From contig OZ241831.1 in assembly GCA_965202585.1 (NCBI GenBank), positions 14,632,001-14,696,000 of the forward strand: DNA of 64,000 nt, in the 5' to 3' direction. This document shows, piece after piece, positions 11,489 through 25,222 of the stretch (positions are counted from its first letter, which is position 1; the number at the start of each line of letters is the position of its first letter). Under the pieces are notes generated by a model. It was given only the letters and a program-made list of their open reading frames with translations, had not been told where the DNA came from and made no database searches. Origin of the DNA: Thalia democratica. Taxonomy: Eukaryota. A program made the position numbers and the translations under genes.

Positions 11489-14414
11489 TTTATTTAACGC
11501 TTATGTAGTTTTTAGTCTGAGTTTTCTTTTTAAACTAAATACATACGAAAAGAACTTTTTGGTTTTACGAAGTTTAATTTTTATTTAAGTACATAAAACC
11601 TTTAAGAAGTATTTTGATCTTTAATAAAAAAAAATTAATAAAAATTCCTTTTTAGTTTGTTTTAAGTAAAATGAAATTTAAGTAAAATATCATAATAAGC
11701 TTATATAGTTTTTGTTTTAATAAAATTTTAAAGTAAGACTGTTGCTTTGAAAAAAAAATCTTACTTTAATAAAAAATCTCGATTATAAAATACAAAATTT
11801 TACTATCAAAAAACTAAATTTAATTGTAATTAAAATAATTGTAAATAAACATCTTAAACAAATTTTAACTAAATTTAGTGTTTAAAAACTTAATAGTTTT
11901 ATTTAACAATATATGTAAAAACTTTTTCTTAGAAAAATGGTAGTGTTTTTTTTTTTTAACATAAAAAAAAGGTTGAATAAGATACTTGAGAAACTAAAAA
12001 AAGTAAATATTTACTGCTTAATGACTTTAAAATACTAGCTAATATTTGTCCTAACTTCGATTAATTTACAAGGCCTTTCCAAATTACTGTTTATTAATTT
12101 GGAAGTTATTTAAACAAACTAAAAATCATTAGAAAATAATGTATACCAAATTAGAAAAACTAAGTTATTTTCAAAGCTAATATTGTTCGCTAAACTATAG
12201 TCGATAGACAATTTATTGCTAATCTGAGTAACCTATCTGTCAAAAGTTGCAAGTTAACTTAAAAAAAGTGTCTTATTTTAATTTTTTTAACTTGCTGGCA
12301 CCTACTGTTATGTTTACTTGCTTATTTTATTAAGTGTTGACTGTGTATAATACCAATAAAAGAACTTATAGCTTCTAGGCATAACTATTGTCTTTGTTAT
12401 ATGAGTTTTTCGTTAAACTTTTGTAATGTTTACAAATTTAAAACCTATTGTAAAAACAAATTTATAAAAAACAAGAACTTTTAAAATTTTTCTGTTTGTT
12501 TTTCGATATAAAGACTTACAAAAAATAGTTTGTTGAAAAATAAAAACAAAGAAGCATGTGTTTTATATATATAGTTGTATGCTATTTGCTTTTAAATTTT
12601 AAACTATAAAACTTCTCGTTTTTAAAAATTTAATAATTCATAAGTCAGATTTATTTATTTACTTGGCTATTAATTAAAAAAATAAAACGTGAATTTAATT
12701 TTTGTACATAAGTGTATAAAACGAAGTAGTATGTTGTTTTAAATCTATACTAATCAAAACTTTGTCATTATAAAAGTTTTAACAGAGAAGATAAACTATG
12801 ATTCTGTAAATACTTTATTTTAATTTATTCAAGTCTTATTACACAAAACTTTCTATAAGACCCTAAAACATTTAAGTAATGTTTGTAAAATAAGTTTGAG
12901 TTGATATTGATTAAGAATAAAAATAGTTTTAATATATAAACGCATTAAAAGAAATCGAAACTTATACATGCGAGCGAGTTCGTTAAAGTTGATAGTTTAA
13001 TAAATAACTTTTTATTTCAAAGTACTTAAGTTGGTTTAATAAAGAACTTAACAAAAAATAACTAATAGAATCTATATAAGTTTTCTTTTTTTTGTTGTTC
13101 TTTTTAATTTATTTTTAATAGCTTTTTCTATTCAAAAAAATGTTTGATTACAAAATTCAAAGTTTCATGACTAAAAACTTTACCTTTATATATTCCATTA
13201 TTAAAAAAGACTTATAATAAAAAATTAAGTTATATAACACTATAGCACTGTAAAGTATTAATTCACTAAAGTTAAGACGTTGAAGCATTTTTTTTCAGAT
13301 GCTGCCTAAAATGTTTTTATTTTTTTGTTTTCACTTACTGTATTTACAAATTAGCAATACTTTATAAATAAGACTATACTAATCTTAATTTGTTATTTTA
13401 CTATAATTAGTGTCAAATAGTTGTAATGAACTCAATATTTTAATTTTATGCATTTAAAAGTTTCTTATACTTATACTACTTCAAAAAGTATTCAATCTAT
13501 TAAATATTTTATTTTCAATTATTTTTTATATTGTTTTAAGTTTTTATATACACTTGTAGTTCTTATTTTTAGCCATCTTTGTCGGAAACATATTAAAGAA
13601 AAAAATTCTAAAAATTTAATGCACTATACATTGTTATTAAGTTTAAAAAAATAGTATCAATAAAGTTAGTTTCACATACCTTTGCTAAAATTAAACTTAT
13701 TCAAAATAAATATAAGGTTACGACTTTCGACATTAATCAATTGACCAAACTACTGAAGTCAATTTGAACATAATAAAAAACCAGATTAGTTTGATGTTTT
13801 GCTTTTAAATTTTATGCCAGTTTATAACAGACTTTTTTATAGGTGTGTATGTGTCAGTTTTTTTTCTTTTAACATTCAGATATTACACTTTTCTTCACAA
13901 GATACTTGGTTTACTTACAATTGCCAACCTCTATCAATTATCACGCAATTTTTTATTATTTTATTTATTTAATATATTTTTTGTATTTTGAAACTTATTG
14001 TAAGTTTATATTTTATTATCATTATTAACCCTTACACTTTGTGCGGTTCTCGGATTTGATTGGAAATCGTTTGCAGGAGCCACTTATATGACTAGACTAC
14101 TTACAATATGAACTATACAATTAACATTTTATAAATTAACTGTCTATAAAATAAATATATATATATCATTTAAACTTTTATATGTATTGCATATCATATC
14201 ATACTTTGAAAAGTTTTAAATAATCGAAATTGTTTTTTTTTTTTTTATAAATCATAAAAGATAACAAAAATTCTCCAAATATATTCAACTTTTCATTGGT
14301 AATATATATTGTGTTCTTTTTTCAAAAATGTATTTAGACAAATAAACCTTTAACACATTTGAAGAGATAGTTAAATTATTTTTTAAACATTCTACAACTT
14401 TGTATTGTCTAATG

Positions 14415-17400
14415 CAGGGGTCGGCAGGCAGTTGGTGGTCGCGGGCCAAATTTCAAGGTTACAAAGTCTTCGCGGGCCGCAGTTTTAGTTTTAGTGATAT
14501 TTGAATAATCTTTTGGTTTTAGTTTTAGTCACACTAGAGAAAAATTTTACTTTTATTTATCTTATCATTTTAAATGACTTTTAGCTATACATAGAATGAC
14601 TATTTAAATAAAATAAAATTAGAATAAAATTTACATTGAATAATACACTTAAGTGTTAATAAACTATGTACTTTCATAAGCACTTAAAAAATTAAATTTA
14701 AGAGTTTTGTAATTTTACATACAATTTAACTCTCTATAAAAACCAAATTTGAAAGACAATTTATTAGTTACTTTTATATATTTGTTATATTGTCAACCCC
14801 TTTTTTCATATTTCTAGGAATACTAACTTAAAAAATAAGTTTTTGCGTGTTAAATAGTCTACATTCATTAAAAAATTTAGTAATTAGTTAATTTAATAAA
14901 ATTAATAACTGTTTGTATTATAGAAAGCTAAAACAAACTCTTTAACATAAATAATTCTCGAATACTTAAATAAAATATTATATAAGTAACTAGTCTTTTA
15001 CATAGTTGTCACTTAAAAAGCAAAAATGTCTGAGTTGTATCAAACCAGCCTAAGTTAATTAAAAGTTTAAAAAGCTAGTAAATCTTTGTAAATCAAGCTT
15101 AAGTACCTAGTAAAAATGTCATCATCATTAAAAAGTACACAAAGTGTAAAAAAAACAAGAAAAAACTACAATTAGTAAACTACACTACAGTCATGAAAAC
15201 TATTCTGGGAATTCTAAGATTTCTTTTAAGTGTTTGAAATAAAAGTTTCACACACATCTGAGTTTTTAAGCTTTTAAAATAGCATGTTTGTGTAGCAACC
15301 CAGTTAAAACAAAGTTCACAACATAAAGAAATAACGAAACTTATTAACAATAAACAAATTACATGCCAAAAAATATAAGTCAGCTGGAATGGACAATTAA
15401 CTTTCTTAAACATTTTTAACAAAAGTATAAAACTTTATTGAGTCATTAGCGAAGATATAAACTTATTTTTTATTAAGCTTTACAGCAATTCTTTATCTGC
15501 AATAAGAATATAGCATTTAAAAATATTAGTTGTAAAATAAAAGACGAGCAACAAAAATAAAAAAAACGTTAGTTAGGAGTTATTGCGAGAAACGATAAAA
15601 AAATTAAATCACCAAAGTCAGTTCCAACAAAGCACATGATTATCTTCAGTAACTACAGATAATCAGAAAAAAGTTGTTAAGGCAAGTTATAAAGTAGCAA
15701 AATTTATAATTAAAAATGAGATGCCGTTTATAATTGAAAATTTTTTTGAAGAAATTTTGTTGGCAGTAATGAAAAATTTTTGTTATTTCTTCAATGACAA
15801 CAAAACGTCCTAATTAGGAAATGCATTAAGGTTATAAAGTCGTTAAATCAAATTTCGACTTTAATCAATATGTCAACATGAGAGCACAGATAGAAAAACT
15901 ATTGCTTATCTGAGAATTTTTATTAGAGATGTTTTTTGAACTTTGACACTTTAGTATAATTCCTTGGTTTAGTTCAAACACGAAGCACAGCAATCGGTGA
16001 AATTTTACAAGTAAAGGTGCAATGCACCAAAAGCTTTTAGAAGTACAATTCCTTCTTTTATTTTTAGTATAAAGTTTAATTAAAGTTTGAAAAGTGTCTT
16101 ATAAAGTATATCAATATTAAAAAACACTGTTAAGCTACTTTAATATATTTTTTATTAAAGAAATGTTTATTTGCTAAATTTTTTGTGTCAAATCGAAATT
16201 TCACTACTTTACATGTAAAAATTGTTTGAAACTTTAGGCTTTTTCAAAAATTCTCAAATTCAAGTTTTTTTCCAAAATTTTTAAGCATAAATTTTCAAGT
16301 TCAAAGCTATTCCGAGATTCATGTTTTTTGGTATCACTGATTGTTCACACTTATACACAATAATATAAATAATATTCTGAGTTGTATCAGCTGCAAGTCT
16401 TAAAATTTAACATATATTATAACTAAAACTAACACTTTGGGTGTAGCAAAACTTACATCATAAGTTTAATTTGCCACTCTTTTAAGCAAAAAAGCCAGCC
16501 TGAGTTAACAAAAACATTCCTGGTATTTTTGTATACAAAAAACAATTCTAGCCAAAAACTTATAAAATGACTTAGTTGGCCTGAGATTTTGAATTCTTCA
16601 AATAGTAATAGTCTGAGTGTGTGTCAATGTTTATAAACCATCCCTAAGTCTAATTTATATTAAATAGGTAGCTCCAAAAAATAGCAAATGTGTGCATGAT
16701 ATGCAAAGCATAAAAGTTAAATTAGTCTGACAAAATCTATGTTTAAAAAATGAAAATGTATACCTAATAGAAACTATATTAGTTTATGTCATATATATTG
16801 TTTTAAATGTGTCTGTACAAACTTAGATATTACATGTAGAAAAAACAAACTTAGAAAATTATGCATAAACTAAACTTAAACTAACTAAAGTATTTTATAA
16901 AAAGTGGTTTAAAATATGAGCATCTTTTTAAGTTGGTGTGCATAAAAACTAATTTAAGTGTAAAGAAAACTTCTAAAAAATTAAAATGTGTCAAAACAAA
17001 ACTTAAATAAACCTTTTTTTCTTATTACTATGTTATTTTAAATGTTTTTACACTAAAACATAACATTTACAAATAAAAAATATATGAAAGAAACTTAGGT
17101 ATAAAAAATATTGAAAAGAATATCTAATCTATAAAGAAATGACACTTTAGTTAATTACTGTGCATTACTTTTGTACAAAATGGAAAACATTTGCATTTAG
17201 TTTATTTAATAAATAGGGATAATATAACTAACTTATTATATTCCAGAAATCTTTACACTCTTTTTTAAGATAATTACTTGCTGTTGTAAAATAGAAGTTA
17301 TTATGAACCTCAGAAAAATATCCTGTTAGAATGCATACCTGTCTTTTTCACATTTTTAAACTTAAGTAGTAACTTCTTCTAATTATTTTTAAATGTTATA

Positions 17401-17601
17401 CAAAGACTTAAAACTAAACTAATCAAATTAAATCGAATTACAGAAAAAAATTTTACTTGAAATATATTTTTGCTCAGCGGGCCACTTTTACATGCTCGCA
17501 GGCCACAAAATTTTCTTTCGCGGGCCGCATTCCATTCAAAAAAATAATGTGCTCGCGGGCCGCAGATTTATCCTTCTAGGGCCGCAGTTTGCCGACCCCT
17601 G
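14415..17601 (+). mobile_element. hAT (Charlie/Buster/SPIN-like) DNA transposon, 3187 bp, decayed transposase
   Basis: TIRs CAGGGGTCGGCA / TGCCGACCCCTG, a perfect 8-bp TSD GTCTAATG (14407-14414, 17602-17609), and subterminal GCGGGCC(G) repeats. The internal relic VKASYKVAKFIIKNEMPF (15661+) resembles Buster/GTF2IRD2-type transposases. Confidence 0.9.
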
Positions 17602-18721
17602 GTCTAATGTATATTATATTTTATTTATTATTTGAGGCTGCCAAAATATTTAATTAACCATTACGTTAATTTACAACAATATTGAAATAACTCAAAAGTT
17701 AAATAGTTTGTTAGTTTTTGTAAATTGTTAGAACTATAAATTATCTAATTTAAAAAGTATTTTAAACTTAACATTTAATTTGATTTTAGAACTTGAATTT
17801 AATCAACAAAATATATAACGGAGTAAAAAAAAAAAATTAGCTTCATATTTTTTAAAATGTTACACATATTTTAAAAACGTCATTATGGCTCTAACTGTTT
17901 GCTATTCCAAGTTTTTCACATGAGTCATTTACTTGTTTTTCATACTGTAGAAAATATTTTTGGCAAAATATATTACCTTATCTTTAGACTTGTTCAGCTA
18001 ATTTAATTTTTAGTTAACAATAAGTTAGTTAATCTTGCTTACAATTAACACTAAAGTTTTAGGTGAAATAGCATTAGGTCTTTTTTATTTTTAATAAAGA
18101 TAAAAATAGCACTATATTTTTATTAATTTTTCAAAAATAGTTGTGTAATAATATAAAACTAATCATATAAGTATATTGTATCTCGATATTCTGTTGTTTG
18201 AGGTATTCGTTGTAAAGGTTTTATAGCTATGTGTATGTTATGCTTAGAATGGTACTGACACCCAGGCTGTAATAACCACTAAATGAACAGTATCTGTTTA
18301 ACAAATAGTTTTACAGTCAAATATTTTGTTTTGTTTTAAGCAAATAAATTTAACATTGGGTTTTAAAGATTTTTACTAAACTTATTAAAATAAGTCATTT
18401 GTAAGTTATAGTATAGTAATTTTAAAAGTTTTTAAACCCTTGACCAATAATGCAACATTTGTAATTTTTGAAAGTATAAACCTCAAACCTTAATTAAAAT
18501 TTTAATTCTATAAAGTCTTATTGTTTTTTACAAAAAGCTTAACAACACAAGTCAGTTTTTACTTATTGTCGAAGAAAAGCTCAGACCCCTTTAAGACTTC
18601 AAAAATACATAATGTATGCTCTGCTCAGTGCAGTTTTAAGGCTGTGTTTTGTTTTAAAGTTGTTTTTAGCTTAATGTTAATTTGTACCCTGCTAGAATGT
18701 AAAAATAATGCCAGTTAATCT

Positions 18722-18960
18722 GGGTAGCTGTCTAAATTGCACGAGCGTACAAAATTGTACGAGGGGACAAAATTGCACGGGTGCACAAAATTGCACAAAG
18801 ATACTTTTGCACAGGGTGATAAAATTGCATGAAGATAAAATTGCTCAAAGATACTTATGTACAAAGGGTTAATTTTGCACGAATACAATTTTGCACTGGT
18901 TAGTTTTTTTTTTTTTTGTTAATTTTCTTCTAACCCTTACCCTTAATTGGTAATTTTTTT
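18722..18960. mobile_element. Left arm of a TTGCAC foldback/MITE, truncated by the adjacent Penelope-like insertion
   Basis: GGGTAGCTGTCTAAATTGCACGAG plus AAAATTGCAC subrepeats and a TAACCCTTACCC core. The right arm is missing. Confidence 0.65.
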
Positions 18961-18966
18961 ATGTTT

Positions 18967-20223
18967 AGGAAGTTTAGGTGATATTTAACATTACGATACT
19001 GGGATATACAAAGAAAGGTTATACAACTTTGCGGAATTGAAAAGGTAACTTCTACTTCATTTGGAATCCTGAAACTTTACAGGATTCCTCTTCAGAGGTT
19101 TTAGAAGAGTGATCTCTTTTTATTCAAAAATTTTATTAAATTTTTTTTTATTTAATTATAGTTTAAATCTACATACTTGAACGCAATATTAACGCTAGCT
19201 AGCCTAGTAAAAACTGTCTATATAACTTTGCAGAATTGAAAAGGTAACTTCTAGTTCATTTGGAATCCTGAAACTTTACAGAAAATCCTGAAACTTATAT
19301 TATTGAAAAACACAAGAAAAATATAACTAAAAACTTGATAACTTATTAAATTTGATGGAAAGTTTTAAGCTAAAATCATTGTTCATTCAAGCGTTTAAGA
19401 GAAAGCTCTCAAAGTCATGTGTTTTACTGGTGCAAGATGATTACAGTTAAAATAAGGAGAAAATTATGTGCACACAAGAAATTACTGATGTAATGTAGCA
19501 TAAAGTTAAGAACGTAGTCTAGTAAAAATGTATAATAAAAAATTATAACAAAAACTTGGTAGAACATTAATGAGTCTTTATTACAATAGTTCAAGGTTAA
19601 AACTACTCCACAATTGTTTTAACATACTAATTTTTGGTTTCATATACAATAAAAGTTTAACCGACTGTTTAACGAAACATTAATAAAAAAAACAATGGTA
19701 TCACTGAAAGATTTTTAGTACTTCAACTCATGTTTAGTATGTGAAATGTAATCACCGCACGTGCAATAATAACAATTATCTTCTTGTTTATAAAACTTGT
19801 ACTCCTCTTCCGATAGATTCAAACAATCAGTATGTATAGTAACAAAAAGTATGAGTTTAAAATTAAAAAATTAAAAGAGATCACTCTTCTAAAACCTCAA
19901 GAGATGTATCCTGTAAAATTTAAGGATTCCAAATGAACTAGAAGTTACCTTTTCAATTCTGCAAAGTTATATAGACAGTTTTTACTAGGCTAGCTAGCGT
20001 TAATATTGCGTTCAAGTATGTAGATTTAAACTATAATTAAAAAAAAAAAAATAATAAAATTTTTGAATAAAAAGAGATCACTCTTCTAAAACCTCTGAAG
20101 AGGAATCCTGTAAAGTTTCAGGATTCCAAATGAAGTAGAAGTTACCTTTTCAATTCTGCAAAGTTAAATAACCTTTCTTTGTATATCCCAATATCGTAAT
20201 GTTAAAAATAACCTAAACTTTCT
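18967..20223 (-). mobile_element. Second Penelope-like insertion with ~315-bp inverted arms made of tandem ~210-bp pLTR units
   Basis: Arms 18967..19281 and 19911..20223 are reverse complements with an internal partial tandem duplication. The minus-strand relic CYYCTCGDYISHTKHEL (~19725..19785) resembles a GIY-YIG motif. A CTGAAGA-hairpin-AAA hammerhead-like core is present. Confidence 0.65.
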
Positions 20224-21167
20224 ATCCATATTTCAACTATATTGACTAAAAACTTTTCAGGAACATACATACCGCTGTTTTAACAGTAACAACAAAAGTA
20301 ATAAATATCTTAAAGATCTTAAAATAAAACTAGAATTTAAATTAAGTAATGGAGTGTATGAATTCTTAAGAAAAGAACTCAGCAAAATTCATATTTTATA
20401 TTTAGAAACTATAATACTATTGGTTAGTCAAGATTATAAATATAAGAGTATCAATGTAATTTTATTTATCAATGTTATCAATTGTAATGAAATTTAAAAA
20501 AAATGTTTTAAGTATGTACTATTAGCACGAAATAAAACAAAATCTTAGTTTTTGATGTTTTCAATTAGATTAGAACATTCAGTCATTAAACTTTTTCTTA
20601 CAGTTGACTGATTAGAGCAAAAGCTTTTTGTGACGTCGTTGTTGTCTTTTTATCAATGTTTGCTTGTGATATGTAATAAGTACAAGATTGAAACAAAGCA
20701 TTATCAAACCACTTGTCCGTACGCTACTTACACAACATTTTCAAAGCTGTTATAAACACAGCTCAACAAGCTTTTATTTTAGAGATTTAATAAATAAATC
20801 AATTTAAGAAAAACACTCTTGAGTTTTAAATTAACATCGTTTTTCTGTTTCAATTAAAACACTCCTATTTACTTGTTTTAAATTCTTTCATGAAATACTT
20901 TTAGTGTTAGTTACATGTTTATACTAACTAGAATTTAATTTTTCTTTATAACCTCTAAATTAGTTTTTAAAGAGTTTTGTTTGACAGCGGTATACACTTT
21001 TAGTCTTAAACTTTCTAAATAAATACCTACAAACTACTATAAACCTAAATTTTGACTTTTTGTTTTATTTATTTTACCATTAAGAATAACTCAAGTAAAT
21101 TGAAAATAGCTTACACTGGGTATCTTTTTTATTTTTAAAGCGAACAAATTAATAGTACTTTTCCAAT

Positions 21168-24100
21168 TTACTGCTCTTTTTTCGTCCCTTTTACATCTTT
21201 CATGTAGTGCTTCTTAATAAAGATTAAAAGTATGACAACTAGAATGCAAGGAACAACTGTGGAAAATGATTCGGTCAAGGTTAACCAAGGGTCGCCAGCC
21301 ATCAAGGAACTAAGCTTACAACCTACCTAGAATATTAAATTATTAAAGTTTATCAAGTGTTAACTATTTAAAAAAAAATGTTTAAAATGTTGACAAAAGT
21401 TTACTAGCTTCTCTTATGATAAGTAGTATTTTAAAATTGTTTAACAGAAACATTTCAAGAAGTTAACATTATTTGGTAACTATACATTAAAGAGTAAGTT
21501 TAAGCTTTAAATTATTTCAAAGCCTTTTAACTTGTTTTATTTTTTTTAATAAGTACAAACTACTTTGTTCAAAAACTATCTAAAAATTTTTAGTTTGAAT
21601 TTTTTTGTATTTATCATATTCAGTATAAATAAACTATACTTATCATGTAGCACAGTAAACGTTTAAATAAACCAATTACCAATAAAATTTAAGCGAAAAC
21701 TTTAAATTGTTTTTTTTAAACTATAGCTTGTATTTTGTAAATCTTAATTTAAACTTAAGTTTTAGTGTCACTTAGGTAAATTATTAATTTAATTTAATTA
21801 AAAAACAAACTGAGACAGCTAAATAACTGGGCGGTGCAACGCCCAAAAATGTTGTGGTGAAGAAAGTGACCAACGGAACGCCAACTATGGGTGAACAGAT
21901 GTTAATAAAAATATTTGGTACAACTGGAAGCATCCGTATAATTAACATGTAAAAGAACAAGTTGTCATGGTGTTTGTCCACCTGCGAAACAAATCTTGAG
22001 TTGATTAATGATAGTTGTGATTTATGAAACATATTCTTCACGTTTAATAATTGAAGTTTTTCTTGGATTTTAAGCCACTGTTTGTTTTAAAAACACAAAA
22101 CTAAAAAAAAAGCTTATTGTTACGCAATTTTTTGAGATCAATTAGTTAAGATAAACAGCAACTGTAATAAAATTTTAATCACTAAAATTTGCGTGACTAA
22201 ACATTAAAAAAAGTGTTTATATTATAACATTTTTTAAACTTAAAAAAATTCTTTATTAATATGTAGTTAACTTTATAAAACTATGGTAATAGAATTAATG
22301 TTCATTATTTTTTTTTAGCATAAACTATTTGGTTTAATACAGCACCTCGCTTTATCAGTACACATTATTAAACGTTTAACTAACTCTTTCATTCCATTAA
22401 AAAACAAAAACATTTATTTAAAGATGAATTAGTATAAAAACTCTTAGCTTCATATATAAACATTTTACAAAGTACATTATGCCATACTTAAATATACACT
22501 AACATGTTCTTTAAAACTAGATATTCTCTGAGGAAAGAAATGGTTAAGAATTCGTTTTCCAACAAAACCAGAAAGACAATAATTGGCAGTTGCTCCAATG
22601 CTCGCGCTCTGTAGATAAAATATATAAGTGTTCTAATTTCCTTTTAAAAATTGCGAACATTTACAAATAACTTTGGAGGTAAATTTATAGTTTTTATACT
22701 TTTCAGGCACTTATGAAAATAACTCTAGTATAAATATGACATTAAATTTTTGTTCAAAAACAACTAAGTTTTGTTTAACATACAAAACACTTTTATGAAA
22801 AACTAACCAAACAAACGTAGAACATAGCTGTATGAAACGGATACAAAAACCCAGCTAAAACAGATAACCCTAATGTTCCAGGTAAAGAAAATGTTAGAAG
22901 GCTGAAAAGAAGTATATACAGATTATTGTTTATTTAAGTTCTGTACTTAAAATAGAGAAATTAGTCAAAAACAAACTTCTAAAAAAATTGAAAATTGCTT
23001 TTATATTAGGTTTAAATTTCAAGTATTTGTTTTTCTTAACTGCTGATATTAGTTCATAAAATTAATAACTGTAGAAAAAGTAAGGAAGTTTCAAGATATT
23101 TTTAATACTGTATATAAGGAAATATTTTAATAACAAATAGTAAATAGTTTGAATTAGTGATTTTCTAAGAGACTTTATAGATTAAATTGTAAAACTGAAG
23201 ATTTAAGCACTTAGTTTATAAACAATTGTCTGATTCATTATAAAAACTATTGTATTAAGTGTTTTACATAAATGCTTATTGATAATTTATTATAACTATT
23301 AGTTTGTACCTAACGGTTTTAGTGTAATGTTTAATATTTTTAAATTTTTATGTTTTTGGCTTAAATAGTTATTTTTAACTTTATGCTTTTTAGTTTTAAA
23401 ACAAATTTTTAATGACATCTGCATAATAATACTAACCAAACATAAGTTGAGAAGAATGCAAAAAGGAGATGATAATAATTGCTTTGGCTGAGCATTTTTA
23501 AAACCTCACTTAAACTTTGAATACTTTCTAATGACGTCGGTAAATGAACTTTGCTATACATCTCACTAAAAAAAATCATTTACAAGAATATATTTATTTT
23601 TAAGTAATGCAAACTTATTTTTTTGCTTAGTACTATATTCAGGGTTGCCACTCGTTTATTCAAAAAATTTTCCAGGTTTTCCAAATATCATATAGGTTTT
23701 TAAAAGTACACATTTTTGAGTCTATTTTAAGTTTAAAGTTAATTTAAAGGTAAAAAACTGTGTTAAATAGTATAACAACATTGAAAGGATACTGTAAAGC
23801 TACTTTAAATGTGTTTTATAATAAAAAACAAATTTTGATGATGACAAATTTTATTTATCATATGATAGATTTTTTGAGTCAAATCGAAATTTTACTACCG
23901 AATATGTTAAAATTTTTAGAATTTCAGAATTTTTGTTCAAATTCTTGTTCTTTTCAGTTTTTTTTTTTTTGCCTAAACTGTCAAGTTTCAGGTTTTTCCA
24001 GGTTTCCAGGTAAAGTGGCAACCCTGTATATTATATACTATAGTTATTAAATTTTTAAGTGTTAGAATTTGTTTTTGCTCTGTTTATATAAAAATATATT

Positions 24101-24496
24101 ACAAAGTCAAAATGTCACGTTAAAGTTGTTTTTATTTTTTTAACAAGATAAAGAAAACATATTCATTTTTACTTCTGCTTTGTACATAAACCACTCTAGC
24201 TAAAAAAAATTATGTTTTCTAGCGATTAGAAAATGTTTTATTGAAAAAACTTAAAGTTTGTTTAAATTAAAAACAAAACATTGAGTATGTCTTACTTTAG
24301 GTTATTCCTTTTTATTTTTACAAATAGTACTTTTAGAAATGAAAAATAAAACTCACGGTGTTAGGGTGTTTACCATTTTCCAGAAAGAAAAGCCAACGGC
24401 AGAAAAAAAAAATACTGCGGCGATTCCAGCTAAAGTTAAATTAACAAAATGCGGCCATATTTTTGAGTCTCTTTTTAAACTTGTTGTTTGATCCAT
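21168..24496 (-). CDS. TMEM41B: TMEM41B-like VTT/DedA-domain (SNARE-associated Golgi) membrane protein, 265 aa, 6 exons: 24496-24357, 23565-23437, 22901-22808, 22608-22504, 21981-21811, 21326-21168
   Basis: All junctions are GT-AG with compatible phases (2,2,0,0,0), totalling 798 nt. Motifs TFSLPG..LSVLAGFLYPF, IRMLPVVPNIFINICSP and FLGVAPPSY match TMEM41B (TFAIPG..GFLYPF, LRITPFLPNWFIN, FLGVAPPSF). Confidence 0.85.
23640..24026 (+). mobile_element. MITE with CAGGGTTGCCAC TIRs in TMEM41B-like intron 1
   Basis: 12-bp perfect TIR, flanking TATATT duplicated on both sides, and internal TTTTCCAGG subrepeats. Confidence 0.85.
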
Positions 24497-24635
24497 AACC
24501 TAACACTAAACGTTTTATTACTTTTAAAATAATAAAAAACAACTAAACAAAAACTTTAAAGATTAAATAATGTAACTTAAGCAACAAGTAAAACTTTAAG
24601 AATAACTTAACCGTGTATTAGTCTAGAAAAAGTGG

Positions 24636-24695
24636 GAACGGTCAAATATGCACGAAGACACTTTTCCACGAAGATAATTTTGTACGAAAGGTCAA
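24636..24695. mobile_element. Short terminal fragment of the TTGCAC foldback/MITE family
   Basis: GGGAACGGTCAAATATGCACGAAGACACTTTTCCACGAAG matches the family terminus. Confidence 0.5.
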
Positions 24696-25222
24696 ACAAA
24701 ATTTTAAATTAAGATAGAATTTAATAATCCAACACCAGTCTTTAGAATGAAAACACTTTACTTCTAAAATTGTTAAGTGTGCTTACTTCTTAACTAACAT
24801 TGAGAACATAATCCTAAATTTTAAGTGCACATTTAATAAAACACTTTTTACTTGTAGTTTCCTTTTATATAACAAAAAACTTGAAATAAATTTGATGACC
24901 TGTACCATATTAAAGTACTATACTAAAATTTTGAACCTTTGTTTCATGAAATCAGGGTAGTTCTTGGCTTTTAAAAGTGGGGATGACACATACTTTATTT
25001 GTTTAGAAATATAGTTTTTTCATGGTTACTTTCATAAGCACTTTATTATATTTATAAAATTTATTTCATAAAGAGTATCTTGCTTAGTGAGCTTATAAAC
25101 ATATATAGATATATAAATCTGAAAAACTTTGAAATCGTGTAGAAGATAATGTTAGTAGATATCAACTATAAGTTAAAACTTGTATGGAAAACAATACAAT
25201 TTTTTGACATTGAAACAAATAT

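Noticed and set aside
13840-14090. Exon-like hydrophobic open stretches, with similar patches at 6330-6490 and 28740-29200.
   Set aside because: No consistent splice phases or recognisable motifs, and stops interrupt the frames.
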